In this document: piece after piece, positions 1 to 9,283 of the stretch | Numbering within the stretch: the first letter of the stretch is position 1 | Layout: each line of letters opens with the position of its first letter | Assembly (NCBI GenBank): GCA_963707635.1 | Contig: OY970173.1 | Location: 992,001 to 1,056,000 of the forward strand | Source: Candidatus Latescibacterota bacterium | GTDB taxonomy: Bacteria > Krumholzibacteriota > Krumholzibacteriia > WVZY01 > JAKEHA01 | Direction of reading: 5' to 3' | DNA: 64,000 nt | The notes under the pieces: generated by a model | Told to the model about the DNA's origin: nothing | What the model saw: only the letters and a program-made list of their open reading frames with translations | Database searches by the model: none | Made by a program: the position numbers and the translations under genes

Positions 1-1233
1 TCCTCCAACCTGCGCCTCGCGTTTACCCTCCCGACCGCGCTGGTGACCTACCTGTTCGCGCCCCAGATCGCGCACGCGTTTCACAACGACGTGCTGCTGT
101 GGCCGGTGCGGCTTTCGGCCGGGCTCGTGTTCTGCGCCAGCGTCTACGAATTCCAGGAGCAGTTTCTGATCGGGCTCAACCGCCACGCGGTGGTTTCGCG
201 CGTACGTTCGGCCATGCTCACGCTGCGCATCGTGGCGACGGTGGCCGTGGTCGCGGCCGGCATGGGGACGATCGGGATTCTGTGCGGCTACATCGGCGCG
301 TGGATCGTCGGCATGATCGTCTTCTCGATTCTGCTGCGGCGCTACCTGCCGGACGCCACGCCGGACCGGGTGGAGCGCACGTCGATCCGGCGCCGGCTGC
401 TCGCGATGAGCATCCCGCTGGCCGTGAGCAGCGCGTCGGTGACGATCTACTCCCAGGTGGACAAGCTGGTCCTGGGGTACTTCGATCCCATCGAAGAAGT
501 GGGGCAGTACTCGATCGCGCGCGCGGTGATGGAGGTGGCGCTGTTTCCCGCGTTCGCGCTCGTGACCACGCTGCGCCCGGCGCTCGCGGCGCGCTTCTCG
601 CAGGGCGATCTGGCCGATTGCGCGCGGCTGATCCGGCGTTCATTGCGCTTCTCGCTGGTGGCGGGCGTGCTGTTCGGATCGATTTTCGTGGCGATGTCGG
701 TGCCGCTGGTGTCGCTCGTGTACTCGAGCCAGTATCACTACGCGGGCGAACTGCTGGTGTGGTTCTCGTGGATCGTCGTGATTCGAAGCCTGGGCGCGCT
801 GGTCCTGCCCGCGCTGCTCGCAGCCGACCGCATCCGGACCTACGCGTGGCTCACGGCCGGCGCCGCGGTGCTCAATTTCGTGCTCAACGTGGTGCTGATC
901 CCGACCATGCATTCGCGCGGGGCGATCGTCGCCACCATCGTCTCCTACGGGCTCCTGCTGGCCTTCGGGCTGCGGGAGGTCTTCGCTATCTTCGGGGTTC
1001 GCCTGCGGTTGCGGGCGCTGGCGTCCGCCTTTCGCACGCTTCTTGCAGGCGCGGTGGTGGCGGCAGCCCTCTGGGCAATAATCAGGCAACTTCATGTCGA
1101 ACCGGGAGTTTGGATCATTGCACTCGCGCTGCTCCACGTCGTTCTTTACGGGTTGCTCGTCGTGGTGCTACGAGTCATCCGGCCGGCCGAAATTCGTCCT
1201 TTTGTGAGCAACTTGTTGAAAATGAAAGGATAG
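1..1233 (+). CDS. Polysaccharide flippase (Wzx/MurJ-like, MATE superfamily), 5' truncated by window edge
   Basis: Frame open from base 1; many TM helices; 'IYSQVDKLVLGYF...EEVGQYSIA' flippase-type motif; next to a WecA-like gene. Confidence 0.8.
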   Translation, partial: SSNLRLAFTLPTALVTYLFAPQIAHAFHNDVLLWPVRLSAGLVFCASVYEFQEQFLIGLNRHAVVSRVRSAMLTLRIVATVAVVAAGMGTIGILCGYIGAWIVGMIVFSILLRRYLPDATPDRVERTSIRRRLLAMSIPLAVSSASVTIYSQVDKLVLGYFDPIEEVGQYSIARAVMEVALFPAFALVTTLRPALAARFSQGDLADCARLIRRSLRFSLVAGVLFGSIFVAMSVPLVSLVYSSQYHYAGELLVWFSWIVVIRSLGALVLPALLAADRIRTYAWLTAGAAVLNFVLNVVLIPTMHSRGAIVATIVSYGLLLAFGLREVFAIFGVRLRLRALASAFRTLLAGAVVAAALWAIIRQLHVEPGVWIIALALLHVVLYGLLVVVLRVIRPAEIRPFVSNLLKMKG

Positions 1234-1266
1234 CCGGTCTACAGTATCGGCGCAGGAGGCAGTCTG

Positions 1267-2394
1267 GTGACAGCATTACCGACGTGGATGGCTGACGTGG
1301 TGGTTTTTGCGATCGCGCTCGCCGTGAGCGTCGCCGCCACGCCTCTCGTGCGCGGGCTCGCGGTCCGCTGGCGTCTCGGCGACAAGCCCAACGGGCGCAA
1401 AGTGCACGCGGAGCACATTCCGCACCTCGGCGGGGTCGCGTTGTTTCTCGCCGTGGCCGTCGCCGTTCTCGCCGCGGGAGTCCTCTTGCGGCGCGGGGCC
1501 GGCGACTGGTCGCTTCTGGCCAAGGCCGTCCCCGTCGTCATGACCATCGTGTTGCTCGGGCTGGTGGACGACATGCGCAGCCTGCGCGCGCGCCAGAAGC
1601 TCGTCGTCCAGACCGTCGCGGCCGCTGTGCTGGTCGCGGTGGGCTTCCGCTTCTTCACCGGCGTGTGGCTGCTCGACGTGTCGTCGATCCTGCTGGTGGT
1701 GCTTTCGATGGTGTTCATCGTGGGCATGTTGAGCTCGGTCAATCTGATCGACGGCCACGACGGACTGGCGGCCGGGGTGACGCTGATTTCGGCGGTGGCG
1801 TTTGCGGTGATCGGCGGCATGATCGGCGCGCCCGACGTGATGACGCTGTCGCTGGCCGTTTGCGGCGCCTGCCTGGGCTTCCTCTTCTTCAACTTCCCGC
1901 CCGGCCGCATCTACATGGGAGACACCGGCAGCATGATGCTCGGGCTCCTGCTCGCGCTGATGGCGTGCATGGTGTCGATGCGCTCCCACTCCGCGAACAC
2001 GTTCGCGGCGGTCTGTCTCGTGCTCGGCCTCCCGATCCTCGATACTCTGCTGGCGATCGCGCGCCGCCTCGTGCTGCGCTCGCCCGTGTTCGCGGCCGAC
2101 ACGCTGCACATGCACCACGTGCTGCGCGCGTCCGGATTGTCGCCGCGGCGCACGCTGGTCGTGCTCTACGGCATGCAGGCGCTCTTCTGCCTGCTCGGCG
2201 TCGCCGCTGCCGCCAACTGGGTCGCACCCGTGATCGTGGGTCTCGGTTTCCTGACGGTCGCATTCGTCGCGTTCCTGCGCGCGATGGTCGAAGTCCCGGC
2301 CGAGCGCGCGACCGCTGCGTCCCCGAGCGCGATCCCGTTCCAGTCGGGCTTCCCGACCGCCCTGCAGGAGCGCCACACCTCCGTCGGCCGGTAA
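1267..2394 (+). CDS. Undecaprenyl-phosphate GlcNAc-1-phosphate transferase (WecA/TagO, glycosyltransferase family 4)
   Basis: DKPNGRKVH..IPHLGG, LGLVDD, NLIDGHDG, FNFPPGRIYMGDTG, HMHH motifs; start may be ATG 1288. Confidence 0.88.
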   Translation: MTALPTWMADVVVFAIALAVSVAATPLVRGLAVRWRLGDKPNGRKVHAEHIPHLGGVALFLAVAVAVLAAGVLLRRGAGDWSLLAKAVPVVMTIVLLGLVDDMRSLRARQKLVVQTVAAAVLVAVGFRFFTGVWLLDVSSILLVVLSMVFIVGMLSSVNLIDGHDGLAAGVTLISAVAFAVIGGMIGAPDVMTLSLAVCGACLGFLFFNFPPGRIYMGDTGSMMLGLLLALMACMVSMRSHSANTFAAVCLVLGLPILDTLLAIARRLVLRSPVFAADTLHMHHVLRASGLSPRRTLVVLYGMQALFCLLGVAAAANWVAPVIVGLGFLTVAFVAFLRAMVEVPAERATAASPSAIPFQSGFPTALQERHTSVGR

Positions 2395-2399
2395 CTCCG

Positions 2400-2429
2400 T
2401 TGACGCTCCCGCGAGCGCTGTGATATCGT
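2400..2429 (+). promoter_or_regulatory. Putative sigma70 promoter of the hemC-like/serS operon
   Basis: TTGACG (2400-2405), 18-nt spacer, TG-A-TATCGT (2421-2429). Confidence 0.5.
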
Positions 2430-2487
2430 TTCCGGCACTCGAGCGGAATACGACCGCAGTGCACCTTCCTGGACGGACGGAATCAGC

Positions 2488-3411
2488 GTGACGACGAAAA
2501 CGACGTGTCGAATTGCCAGCGACGTCGATCTTCTCTCCCGTGTCCAACTCGATGAAGTGTTGCGCCTGCTCGACGTGTACAGCGCGAAGCACGCGATCGA
2601 CCTCGTGACCCAGGACGAACCGGACGAGCTCAAGCATTCCAAGTCGATCTTCAGTTCCCCCGAACGCATCGCCGTGCTCATGAGCCGCCTGCTCGACGGC
2701 GAGTGCGACGTGCTCGTCCTCGACGCCGTCTGCCTGCCGACGCGCATGCCCATCGGGCTCACGATCGGGGCCCTCACCCGGCGCATCACGCCGTACGACG
2801 CGCTCATCTCCAACGACGACTGCATCCTGGACGAGCTGCGCGAGGGCGCCGCATTGATCACCAGCACGCTCCGGCGCGAGGCCCAGTTGCGCTACTACCG
2901 GCCCGACCTGAAGATCGTGCGCTCGCAGGGGAGCTTCGACGCGGTGCTCCAGAAGGTGAAGAGCGGGAAGGTGGAGGCCGCCGTGGTCGCGGCCGCTGAC
3001 GTCGAACGGCTCAACAAGCAGGAGTCCGTCACCGAGCTGCTCACCAATTCCGTGTGCATTCCCGCCGCCGGGCAGGGGGCACTCGCCGTCATGATTCGCT
3101 CCGCCGAGGAGCAGTTCCGCGACACCGTGCAGTCGATAAACGACCCCGCGACCCACAGCATGCTGCGCGCCGAGTGGGCGTTCCTCGAGGAGCTCGACGT
3201 CGACGCGGCCGCGCCGGTCGCCGTGCTCGCGGGCATCGAGGGCAAGGCGCTCGAACTGGAGGGCATGGTGTGCTTCCCCGACGGCAGCGAGCGGATCCAG
3301 TGCATGGTGAAGGGGTCCATCGGCGACGAAGAGGACGTCGGACGCACCCTGGCCACCGAAATCCTCGAATCCGGCGGGCGCGAGGTGATCGCGGAGTTCC
3401 GCCTCTCGTGA
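2488..3411 (+). CDS. Hydroxymethylbilane synthase (HemC)-like protein with catalytic and cofactor-binding residues replaced
   Basis: HemC scaffold motifs (RIAS, TSTLRREAQL, PAAGQGALAV, RAEWAFL) over about 307 aa; lacks VHSxKD, RGNxxTR and the GGC cofactor Cys. Confidence 0.8.
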   Translation: MTTKTTCRIASDVDLLSRVQLDEVLRLLDVYSAKHAIDLVTQDEPDELKHSKSIFSSPERIAVLMSRLLDGECDVLVLDAVCLPTRMPIGLTIGALTRRITPYDALISNDDCILDELREGAALITSTLRREAQLRYYRPDLKIVRSQGSFDAVLQKVKSGKVEAAVVAAADVERLNKQESVTELLTNSVCIPAAGQGALAVMIRSAEEQFRDTVQSINDPATHSMLRAEWAFLEELDVDAAAPVAVLAGIEGKALELEGMVCFPDGSERIQCMVKGSIGDEEDVGRTLATEILESGGREVIAEFRLS

Positions 3412-3415
3412 CCGT

Positions 3416-4684
3416 GTGATCGATCGCCGCCTCATCCGCGAAGAATCCGACCGGCTCCGACTCGGCCTTCGGCGCAAGCATTCCACCATCGACCTCGACC
3501 GCCTCGTCGCGCTCGACCGCGAACACCTCGCCAACCTGCAGGACGCCGAAAAACTCAAGCACGAGCGCAACGTCGCCTCCGACGAGATCGGCCGGCGCAA
3601 GAAGGCCGGCGAGGACGCCGCCGCCCTGCACGCGGCCATGAAGGAAACCGCCGCGCGCATCAAGGCGCTCGAAGTGCGCAACAAGGAAATCGAAGAGACG
3701 CTCGATTCACTCCTGCTCACCGTCCCCAATCTCCCGCACGACAGCGTCCCCGACGGCGCGGACAGCACGGCCAACGTGGTCGTGCGCACCAAGGGAACCG
3801 CGGCGAAGCCCTTCGCCGACGTGCTCCCGCACTGGGAGATCGGCGAGAAGCTGGGGATCCTCGACCTCGAAGCCGGGCGCATCGTCTCCGGCCGGGGCTT
3901 CGTCGTCTTCCGCGGCGACGGCGCGCGCCTGTGCCGCGCGCTGGTGAACCTGATGCTCGACATGCACATCGAGCAGGGGTACCAGGAGGTGCTGGTCCCG
4001 TACCTCGTGCACCGGGCGTCGATGACCGGCACCGGTCAGCTTCCCAAGCTGGAAGAAGACATGTACCGCTGCGACACCGACGACCTGTTTTTGATTCCGA
4101 CCGCCGAAGTCCCGGTCACCAATCTGCACCGGGATTCCACCCTCGAGCGCGACCGGCTGCCCATCAAGTACACCGCGTTCAGCCCGTGCTTCCGGCGCGA
4201 GGCGGGGAGCCACGGGGCCGACACGCGCGGGCTCCTGCGCGTTCATCAGTTCGACAAGGTCGAGATGGTGAAGTTCGTCCACCCCGACGGGTCGTACGAC
4301 GAGCTGGAGAGTCTCGTGACCGACGCGTGCGCGGTGCTCGAAGCACTCGAGCTTCCGTACCGGGTGGTGGCGCTGTGTGCGGGGGACTTGAGTTTCGCGG
4401 CGGCGAAGTGCTACGACCTGGAGGCGTTCGCGCCCGGCGTCGACAAATGGCTCGAGGTGTCGTCGTGCAGCAACTTCGAGGACTTCCAGGCACGCCGCGC
4501 CGGGATTCGCATGAAGAAAGCCGATGGTGACCGCCACCGCTTCGTGCACACCTTGAACGGGTCGGGGCTCGCCCTTCCGCGCGTGGTGGCGTCGATCCTC
4601 GAGGTGCACCAGACCCCGACCGGCCGGGTGAAAATACCGCGGCGCCTCTCCGCGTACATGCAGGGCAAGGAGTACCTCGGCTGA
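3416..4684 (+). CDS. serS: Serine--tRNA ligase
   Basis: N-terminal coiled coil; LIPTAEVP, FRREAG, GLLRVHQFDKVE, EVSSCSNF, TLNGSGLA. Confidence 0.97.
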   Translation: MIDRRLIREESDRLRLGLRRKHSTIDLDRLVALDREHLANLQDAEKLKHERNVASDEIGRRKKAGEDAAALHAAMKETAARIKALEVRNKEIEETLDSLLLTVPNLPHDSVPDGADSTANVVVRTKGTAAKPFADVLPHWEIGEKLGILDLEAGRIVSGRGFVVFRGDGARLCRALVNLMLDMHIEQGYQEVLVPYLVHRASMTGTGQLPKLEEDMYRCDTDDLFLIPTAEVPVTNLHRDSTLERDRLPIKYTAFSPCFRREAGSHGADTRGLLRVHQFDKVEMVKFVHPDGSYDELESLVTDACAVLEALELPYRVVALCAGDLSFAAAKCYDLEAFAPGVDKWLEVSSCSNFEDFQARRAGIRMKKADGDRHRFVHTLNGSGLALPRVVASILEVHQTPTGRVKIPRRLSAYMQGKEYLG

Positions 4685-4701
4685 CGGGTAGCCGGATTTC
4701 C

Positions 4702-5952
4702 ATGGCGCTCGCGCCCAGCGGCAACATTCGATTCTGGCTGAAGGGGTACCTCTTCCTCGGCGTGGCCGTGCTTACCCTGGCCATGCTGGTCTACTCGAAC
4801 CACCTCATCTCGCGCATGCGGGCGAGCTCGGAGGCGACCAGCCGCCTCTTCTCGCGTTACTTCTCGAACGTCATCTTCGAGGTCGCAGACGACGGCAGCC
4901 TCGCCAACCTGCGCGCCGTCGTGCAGGAGACCGACCTGCCGATCATCATCACCGTGTTCGAGGGCAAGCCCATTCTCTGGCACGGCGTTCCCGTCGACGA
5001 GCGCACCGAAGAAGACTTCCAGATGCTGATCAACATGGACGTCAACAACCCGCCCACGCCCAAGCTCAAGAAGCTGGTCGAACTCTATCGCGAGTTCGAC
5101 CGCACCAACGCGCCCATCCCGATCCGCGCGGTCGGCGCCGACGACCCCACCGGGTGGGTGCACTACGGGCCGTCGCCGCTCCAGCGCGAGCTGCGCTACA
5201 TGCCGTTCGTCATGCTCGGGATCTTTCTCGTGTTCATGGCGGTCGCGATCCAGGGACTGCGCACCCTCAAGGTGGCCGAGCAGCGCTCGATCTGGGTGGG
5301 CATGGCAAAGGAAACCGCGCACCAGCTCGGGACGCCGCTCTCGGCGATGCTGGGCTGGGTGCAGATTCTCAAAGACCGCGCCGCTGCACGCGGCTACGAC
5401 GACATGCGGGCATCGATCGACGAGATGGAGATCGATCTCTCGAGGCTCAACAAGGTGACGGAACGCTTCAGCAAGATCGGCTCGACGCCGGAGCTCGCCG
5501 CGGTCGATTTGACGCCGGTTCTCGAGCGCACGGTGGCGTATTTCCACAAGCGGCTGCCGAGCCTCAAGGCGAACTCGTCGATCACGCTCCGGGGCGAGAA
5601 GATCCCGCCCGTCAACGGCAACGTGGAGCTGCTGGAGTGGGTGTTCGAGAACCTGATCAAGAACGCGCTCGACGCGCTGGGCGAGTCCGGCGGCGAGATC
5701 GAGATCACCACGCGCCACGCGGCCGAGCAGCGGGCGGTGGAGGTCACCGTGCGGGACACCGGGCGCGGCATTCCGGCGACGCTGCGCGACCAGATCTTCA
5801 ACCCCGGGTTCACCACCAAACGGCGCGGGTGGGGGCTGGGACTCGTGCTCGCGCGCCGGATCGTCGAGGAGTACCACGGCGGCGAGATTCGTCTCGTCGA
5901 GTCCCGCCCCGGCAAGGGCACGACCTTCCAGGTGCGCCTGCCCGCGGCTTGA
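4702..5952 (+). CDS. Membrane sensor histidine kinase, PorY-like
   Basis: Two TM helices; H-box MAKETAHQLGTPLS; N-box ENLIKNALDA; DTGRG; GFTTKRRGWGLGL. Confidence 0.88.
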   Translation: MALAPSGNIRFWLKGYLFLGVAVLTLAMLVYSNHLISRMRASSEATSRLFSRYFSNVIFEVADDGSLANLRAVVQETDLPIIITVFEGKPILWHGVPVDERTEEDFQMLINMDVNNPPTPKLKKLVELYREFDRTNAPIPIRAVGADDPTGWVHYGPSPLQRELRYMPFVMLGIFLVFMAVAIQGLRTLKVAEQRSIWVGMAKETAHQLGTPLSAMLGWVQILKDRAAARGYDDMRASIDEMEIDLSRLNKVTERFSKIGSTPELAAVDLTPVLERTVAYFHKRLPSLKANSSITLRGEKIPPVNGNVELLEWVFENLIKNALDALGESGGEIEITTRHAAEQRAVEVTVRDTGRGIPATLRDQIFNPGFTTKRRGWGLGLVLARRIVEEYHGGEIRLVESRPGKGTTFQVRLPAA

Positions 5953-6056
5953 TCGGCCTCGTCCGGACGCGTATACTTCAGAGGCATCCGGCATTCCGCC
6001 GCGCGCCGCGCCCGTGTCCGCGACCCGACAGCCACGCTGCTCTATTACAAAGAAAA

Positions 6057-7601
6057 ATGACCAAACGCATTCTCTGGGTCGACGATGAGATCGAGCTGCT
6101 CAAGTCGCACGTCATGTTCCTGCGTGGCAAGGGCTACGACGTCCAGACCGCCACCAACGGGGCGGACGCGTTGAGCCTTGTCCGCGAGGGCAAGTTCGAC
6201 ATCATGCTGCTCGACGAGTCGATGCCCGGGCGCAGCGGGCTCGACGCGCTGGTGGAGATCAAGGAAGCGGACACCGGGCTGCCGGTGGTGATGATCACCA
6301 AGAACGAGGAAGAGCGGCTGATGGACAACGCCATCGGCATGAAGATCGACGACTATCTGCTCAAGCCGGTGAGCCCGCTGCAGATCTATTCGGCCTGCAA
6401 GCGCATCCTCGACGCTCCCAAGATCCAGGAGGACCGCCTCTCGCCCGACTACGTGCGCCAGTTCGGCGAGATCAACGCGCTGGTGCAGGAGAGCACGTGG
6501 GACGCGTGGCTGCGCGTCCACCGCAAGCTGTGCCAGTGGGACCGCGAGTTCGACCAGTTCCGCCGCACGGGCTTGAATGCCACCCACGAGGACCAACGGC
6601 TGAATTGCGCGCACCACTTCGGGCAGTTCGTGGAGGCCAACTACCGCGACTGGGTCGCGTCGGCCGACCGCCCGACCATGAGCGTCGACATCTTTCCGAA
6701 GTTCATCGCCCCGCACCTCAAGGCGGGGGAGAAGATCTTCTTCATCCTGGTCGACTGCGTGCGGCTCGACCAGTGGATGGTGATCGAGGAGTTCCTGGGC
6801 GAGTACTTCGACGTGCAGTGGGACTTCTACTCGTCGATTCTGCCCACCGCCACGCCGTACTCGCGCAACGCCATTTTCAGCGGCTTGTTTCCGGACGAGA
6901 TCGCCCGCCGCTATCCCGACAAGTGGCTGGAGCGAAGCAACGAGGAGACCAGCAAGAACAAGTACGAATCCTTTTTCCTGGCCGAGCAGATGAAGCGCGC
7001 CAGGCTCGACGAGAGCAAGCTGCGCTACGTGAAGATTTATACGGCGGCCGAGGCGAACGAAACCAAGAAGCGGGTGGCGGGGTTTATGAACACGCCGTTC
7101 GTGGCGCTGGTGTTCAATTTCGTCGATATCCTCACCCACGGCCGGAACCAGTCGGAGATCCTCCAGCAGCTGCTCCCGGACGAAGCGGCGTTTCGCTCGC
7201 TCATGCGCTCCTGGTTCTCGCACTCGGTGCTGCGCGACATCCTGATCGACCTCGCGCGCGCGAAGATCAAGGTGGTGCTCACCACCGACCACGGCTCGAT
7301 TCTCGGCCGCAAGTCGAGCCTGGTCTACGGCCGGCGTGACACCTCGACCAACCTGCGCTACAAGTTCGGTGACAACTTGAAAACCGACGAGCGCCAGGCG
7401 ATCATCACGCGCCAGCCGGGCGAGTTTCGCCTGCCCTCGGAGTCGCGCACCAAGACCTACATCTTCGCGAAAGAGTATTTCTATTTCGTCTATCCGACCA
7501 ATTTCCGCGACTACGAGAAGGCCTACGACGGCAGCTTCCAGCACGGGGGCGTCTCGCTGGAGGAGATGGTCCTGCCCTGCCTGACCCTCACGCCCCGGTG
7601 A
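6057..7601 (+). CDS. porX: PorX-like response regulator (REC + PglZ/alkaline-phosphatase-superfamily domain)
   Basis: ILWVDDEIELLK..., LLDESMPG receiver; DCVRLDQW, ILPTATPYSRNAIFSG, TTDHG, FQHGGVSLEEM; followed by tsaE as in Bacteroidota; start ATG 6057. Confidence 0.85.
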   Translation: MTKRILWVDDEIELLKSHVMFLRGKGYDVQTATNGADALSLVREGKFDIMLLDESMPGRSGLDALVEIKEADTGLPVVMITKNEEERLMDNAIGMKIDDYLLKPVSPLQIYSACKRILDAPKIQEDRLSPDYVRQFGEINALVQESTWDAWLRVHRKLCQWDREFDQFRRTGLNATHEDQRLNCAHHFGQFVEANYRDWVASADRPTMSVDIFPKFIAPHLKAGEKIFFILVDCVRLDQWMVIEEFLGEYFDVQWDFYSSILPTATPYSRNAIFSGLFPDEIARRYPDKWLERSNEETSKNKYESFFLAEQMKRARLDESKLRYVKIYTAAEANETKKRVAGFMNTPFVALVFNFVDILTHGRNQSEILQQLLPDEAAFRSLMRSWFSHSVLRDILIDLARAKIKVVLTTDHGSILGRKSSLVYGRRDTSTNLRYKFGDNLKTDERQAIITRQPGEFRLPSESRTKTYIFAKEYFYFVYPTNFRDYEKAYDGSFQHGGVSLEEMVLPCLTLTPR

Positions 7602-7614
7602 CGGGGCGTCGGCC

Positions 7615-8082
7615 ATGCCGCGATCGGTTGCATGCACGGTGCGCACCGCCTCGCGCGCGGAGACGGTGCAATTCGGCGCCGCGCTGGGAACCCGAATCCG
7701 CCACGGCGTGTGCGTGTGCCTCACCGGCCCGCTCGGTGCCGGCAAGACCGCGCTGGTCTCGGGGCTGTGCCGCGGCCTCGGCGTGACCGACCCGGTCGTC
7801 AGCCCCACCTTCATCCTGCTGGAGAGGTTCGCCGGCCGGCTGCCGGTGGTGCACGTCGACTTGTACCGCCTCGAACACGAGCGCGAGCTGGAAGAAATCG
7901 GTGTGTTCGACACCCTCGGCACCGGTTCGGTGGTGCTGGCGGAGTGGGGGGACCGGTCTCCCGGCCTGTTGCGCGGGGCCGACATCGTGATCGACATTCA
8001 GCCCGGTGATGGGGATGCGCGCACGCTGGTCGTGTCGGCGACGCCGAGCCTGGCCGCCGACCTGGCGGGGTGCCAATGGTAA
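7615..8082 (+). CDS. tsaE: tRNA threonylcarbamoyladenosine biosynthesis ATPase TsaE
   Basis: GPLGAGKT P-loop, SPTF, HVDLYRL, EW. Confidence 0.93.
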   Translation: MPRSVACTVRTASRAETVQFGAALGTRIRHGVCVCLTGPLGAGKTALVSGLCRGLGVTDPVVSPTFILLERFAGRLPVVHVDLYRLEHERELEEIGVFDTLGTGSVVLAEWGDRSPGLLRGADIVIDIQPGDGDARTLVVSATPSLAADLAGCQW

Positions 8083-8819
8083 CGCTCGCGATCGACACCT
8101 CGCACGCGGTCGGGAGCGCGGCGCTCGCGGTGGACGGCGCCGTATCGGGAGTCGGACGCTTCGAGGAGCCGTCGTCGCATCTGGTGGCACTGGGGCGTAC
8201 GGTCGAGGACCTGCTGTCGGCCGCCGGCCGCAGTGCCCGCGACGTCGATCGTATCGCGGTCGTGATCGGCCCGGGGAGCTTTACCGGGCTGCGCATCGGG
8301 CTCGCGTTCGCGAAGGGACTGCACGCGGCGATCGGCGTGGAGATGGTGGTGATGGACTCGCTGCGCCTGCTGGCGCTTCCGCACCTCGCCGACACGCCGA
8401 CCGTGTGTGCGATGATCGACGCCCGCCGGGGCGAAGTGTACGCGGCGGTCTACGCACCCGCGTCCGCCGCCGAAACCGACGCGGATGCCGGGGCCGCGCG
8501 CGAAGTCGGGACCCCGCGCGCGCAGGCGCCGGACGCGTTTCTGGATTCACTCGCCGCCGCGCCCGCGCTCTTCGTCGGCACTGGAACGCTCGCCCACGCC
8601 GACCGGATCCGGGCCCGATTCCCGGGCGCGCGCCTCGCCGGCGGCGCCGAGGCGTACCCCTCGACGGCGCACCTCGCCGCCATTGCCCACCGGATGCCCG
8701 CGCTCGACAAGGCGTCGATCCGGACGCTGGAACCCCTCTATCTGCGGCCCAGCGGCGCGGAGCGCATGCGCCTGCGCCCCCTGGGCCGCGCCGGCGACGA
8801 CCCGGCTACCGATTCATGA
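8076..8819 (+). CDS. tsaB: tRNA threonylcarbamoyladenosine biosynthesis protein TsaB
   Basis: LAIDTS, GPGSFTGLRIG, IDARRGEVY, EPLYLR. Confidence 0.93.
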   Translation: MVTLAIDTSHAVGSAALAVDGAVSGVGRFEEPSSHLVALGRTVEDLLSAAGRSARDVDRIAVVIGPGSFTGLRIGLAFAKGLHAAIGVEMVVMDSLRLLALPHLADTPTVCAMIDARRGEVYAAVYAPASAAETDADAGAAREVGTPRAQAPDAFLDSLAAAPALFVGTGTLAHADRIRARFPGARLAGGAEAYPSTAHLAAIAHRMPALDKASIRTLEPLYLRPSGAERMRLRPLGRAGDDPATDS

Positions 8820-9283
8820 CCGACCTCGTGATCGAACCCCTCGATGAGCCGCACCTGCCACGCGTGCTCGAGATCGAACGCGAGCTGTTTCGCGCGCCGT
8901 GGTCGCTCGCCATGTTCCGCCAGGAAGTGGAGGAGAAGTGGCTGTCACGCTCGTTTGTGGCGATCTCCGAGCAGCAGGTCGTCGCGTACGTGATCGCGTG
9001 GTTTTTGCGCGGTGAGGTTCACATCCTGAACCTCGGCGTCACTCCGACGCACCAGCGGCGCGGCATCGCGCGCCGCCTGCTGCGCCACATCCTCGATTTT
9101 GCGGAAGAAACCAACAGTGCGTTGGTCACACTCGAGGTCCGGGTCAGCAACGAGGCGGCCAAGCGGCTCTACGCCTCGATGGGGTTCGCGTCGGTCGGGA
9201 TCCGGCGGCGCTACTACCGCGACAACGACGAGGACGCGCTGGTCATGACCCGCCGCCTCGGCCGCGACCGGGAGCGGGAATGA
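8816..9283 (+). CDS. rimI: Ribosomal protein S18 N-acetyltransferase RimI-like GNAT
   Basis: ATGA overlap with tsaB; HILNLGV..QRRGIA, LEVRVSN..A..LY...GF, RRRYY..EDA. Confidence 0.88.
   Translation: MTDLVIEPLDEPHLPRVLEIERELFRAPWSLAMFRQEVEEKWLSRSFVAISEQQVVAYVIAWFLRGEVHILNLGVTPTHQRRGIARRLLRHILDFAEETNSALVTLEVRVSNEAAKRLYASMGFASVGIRRRYYRDNDEDALVMTRRLGRDRERE

Noticed and set aside
6057..7601. BREX defence system (PglZ)
   Set aside because: The PglZ domain is fused to a receiver (PorX type) and no other brx genes are present.
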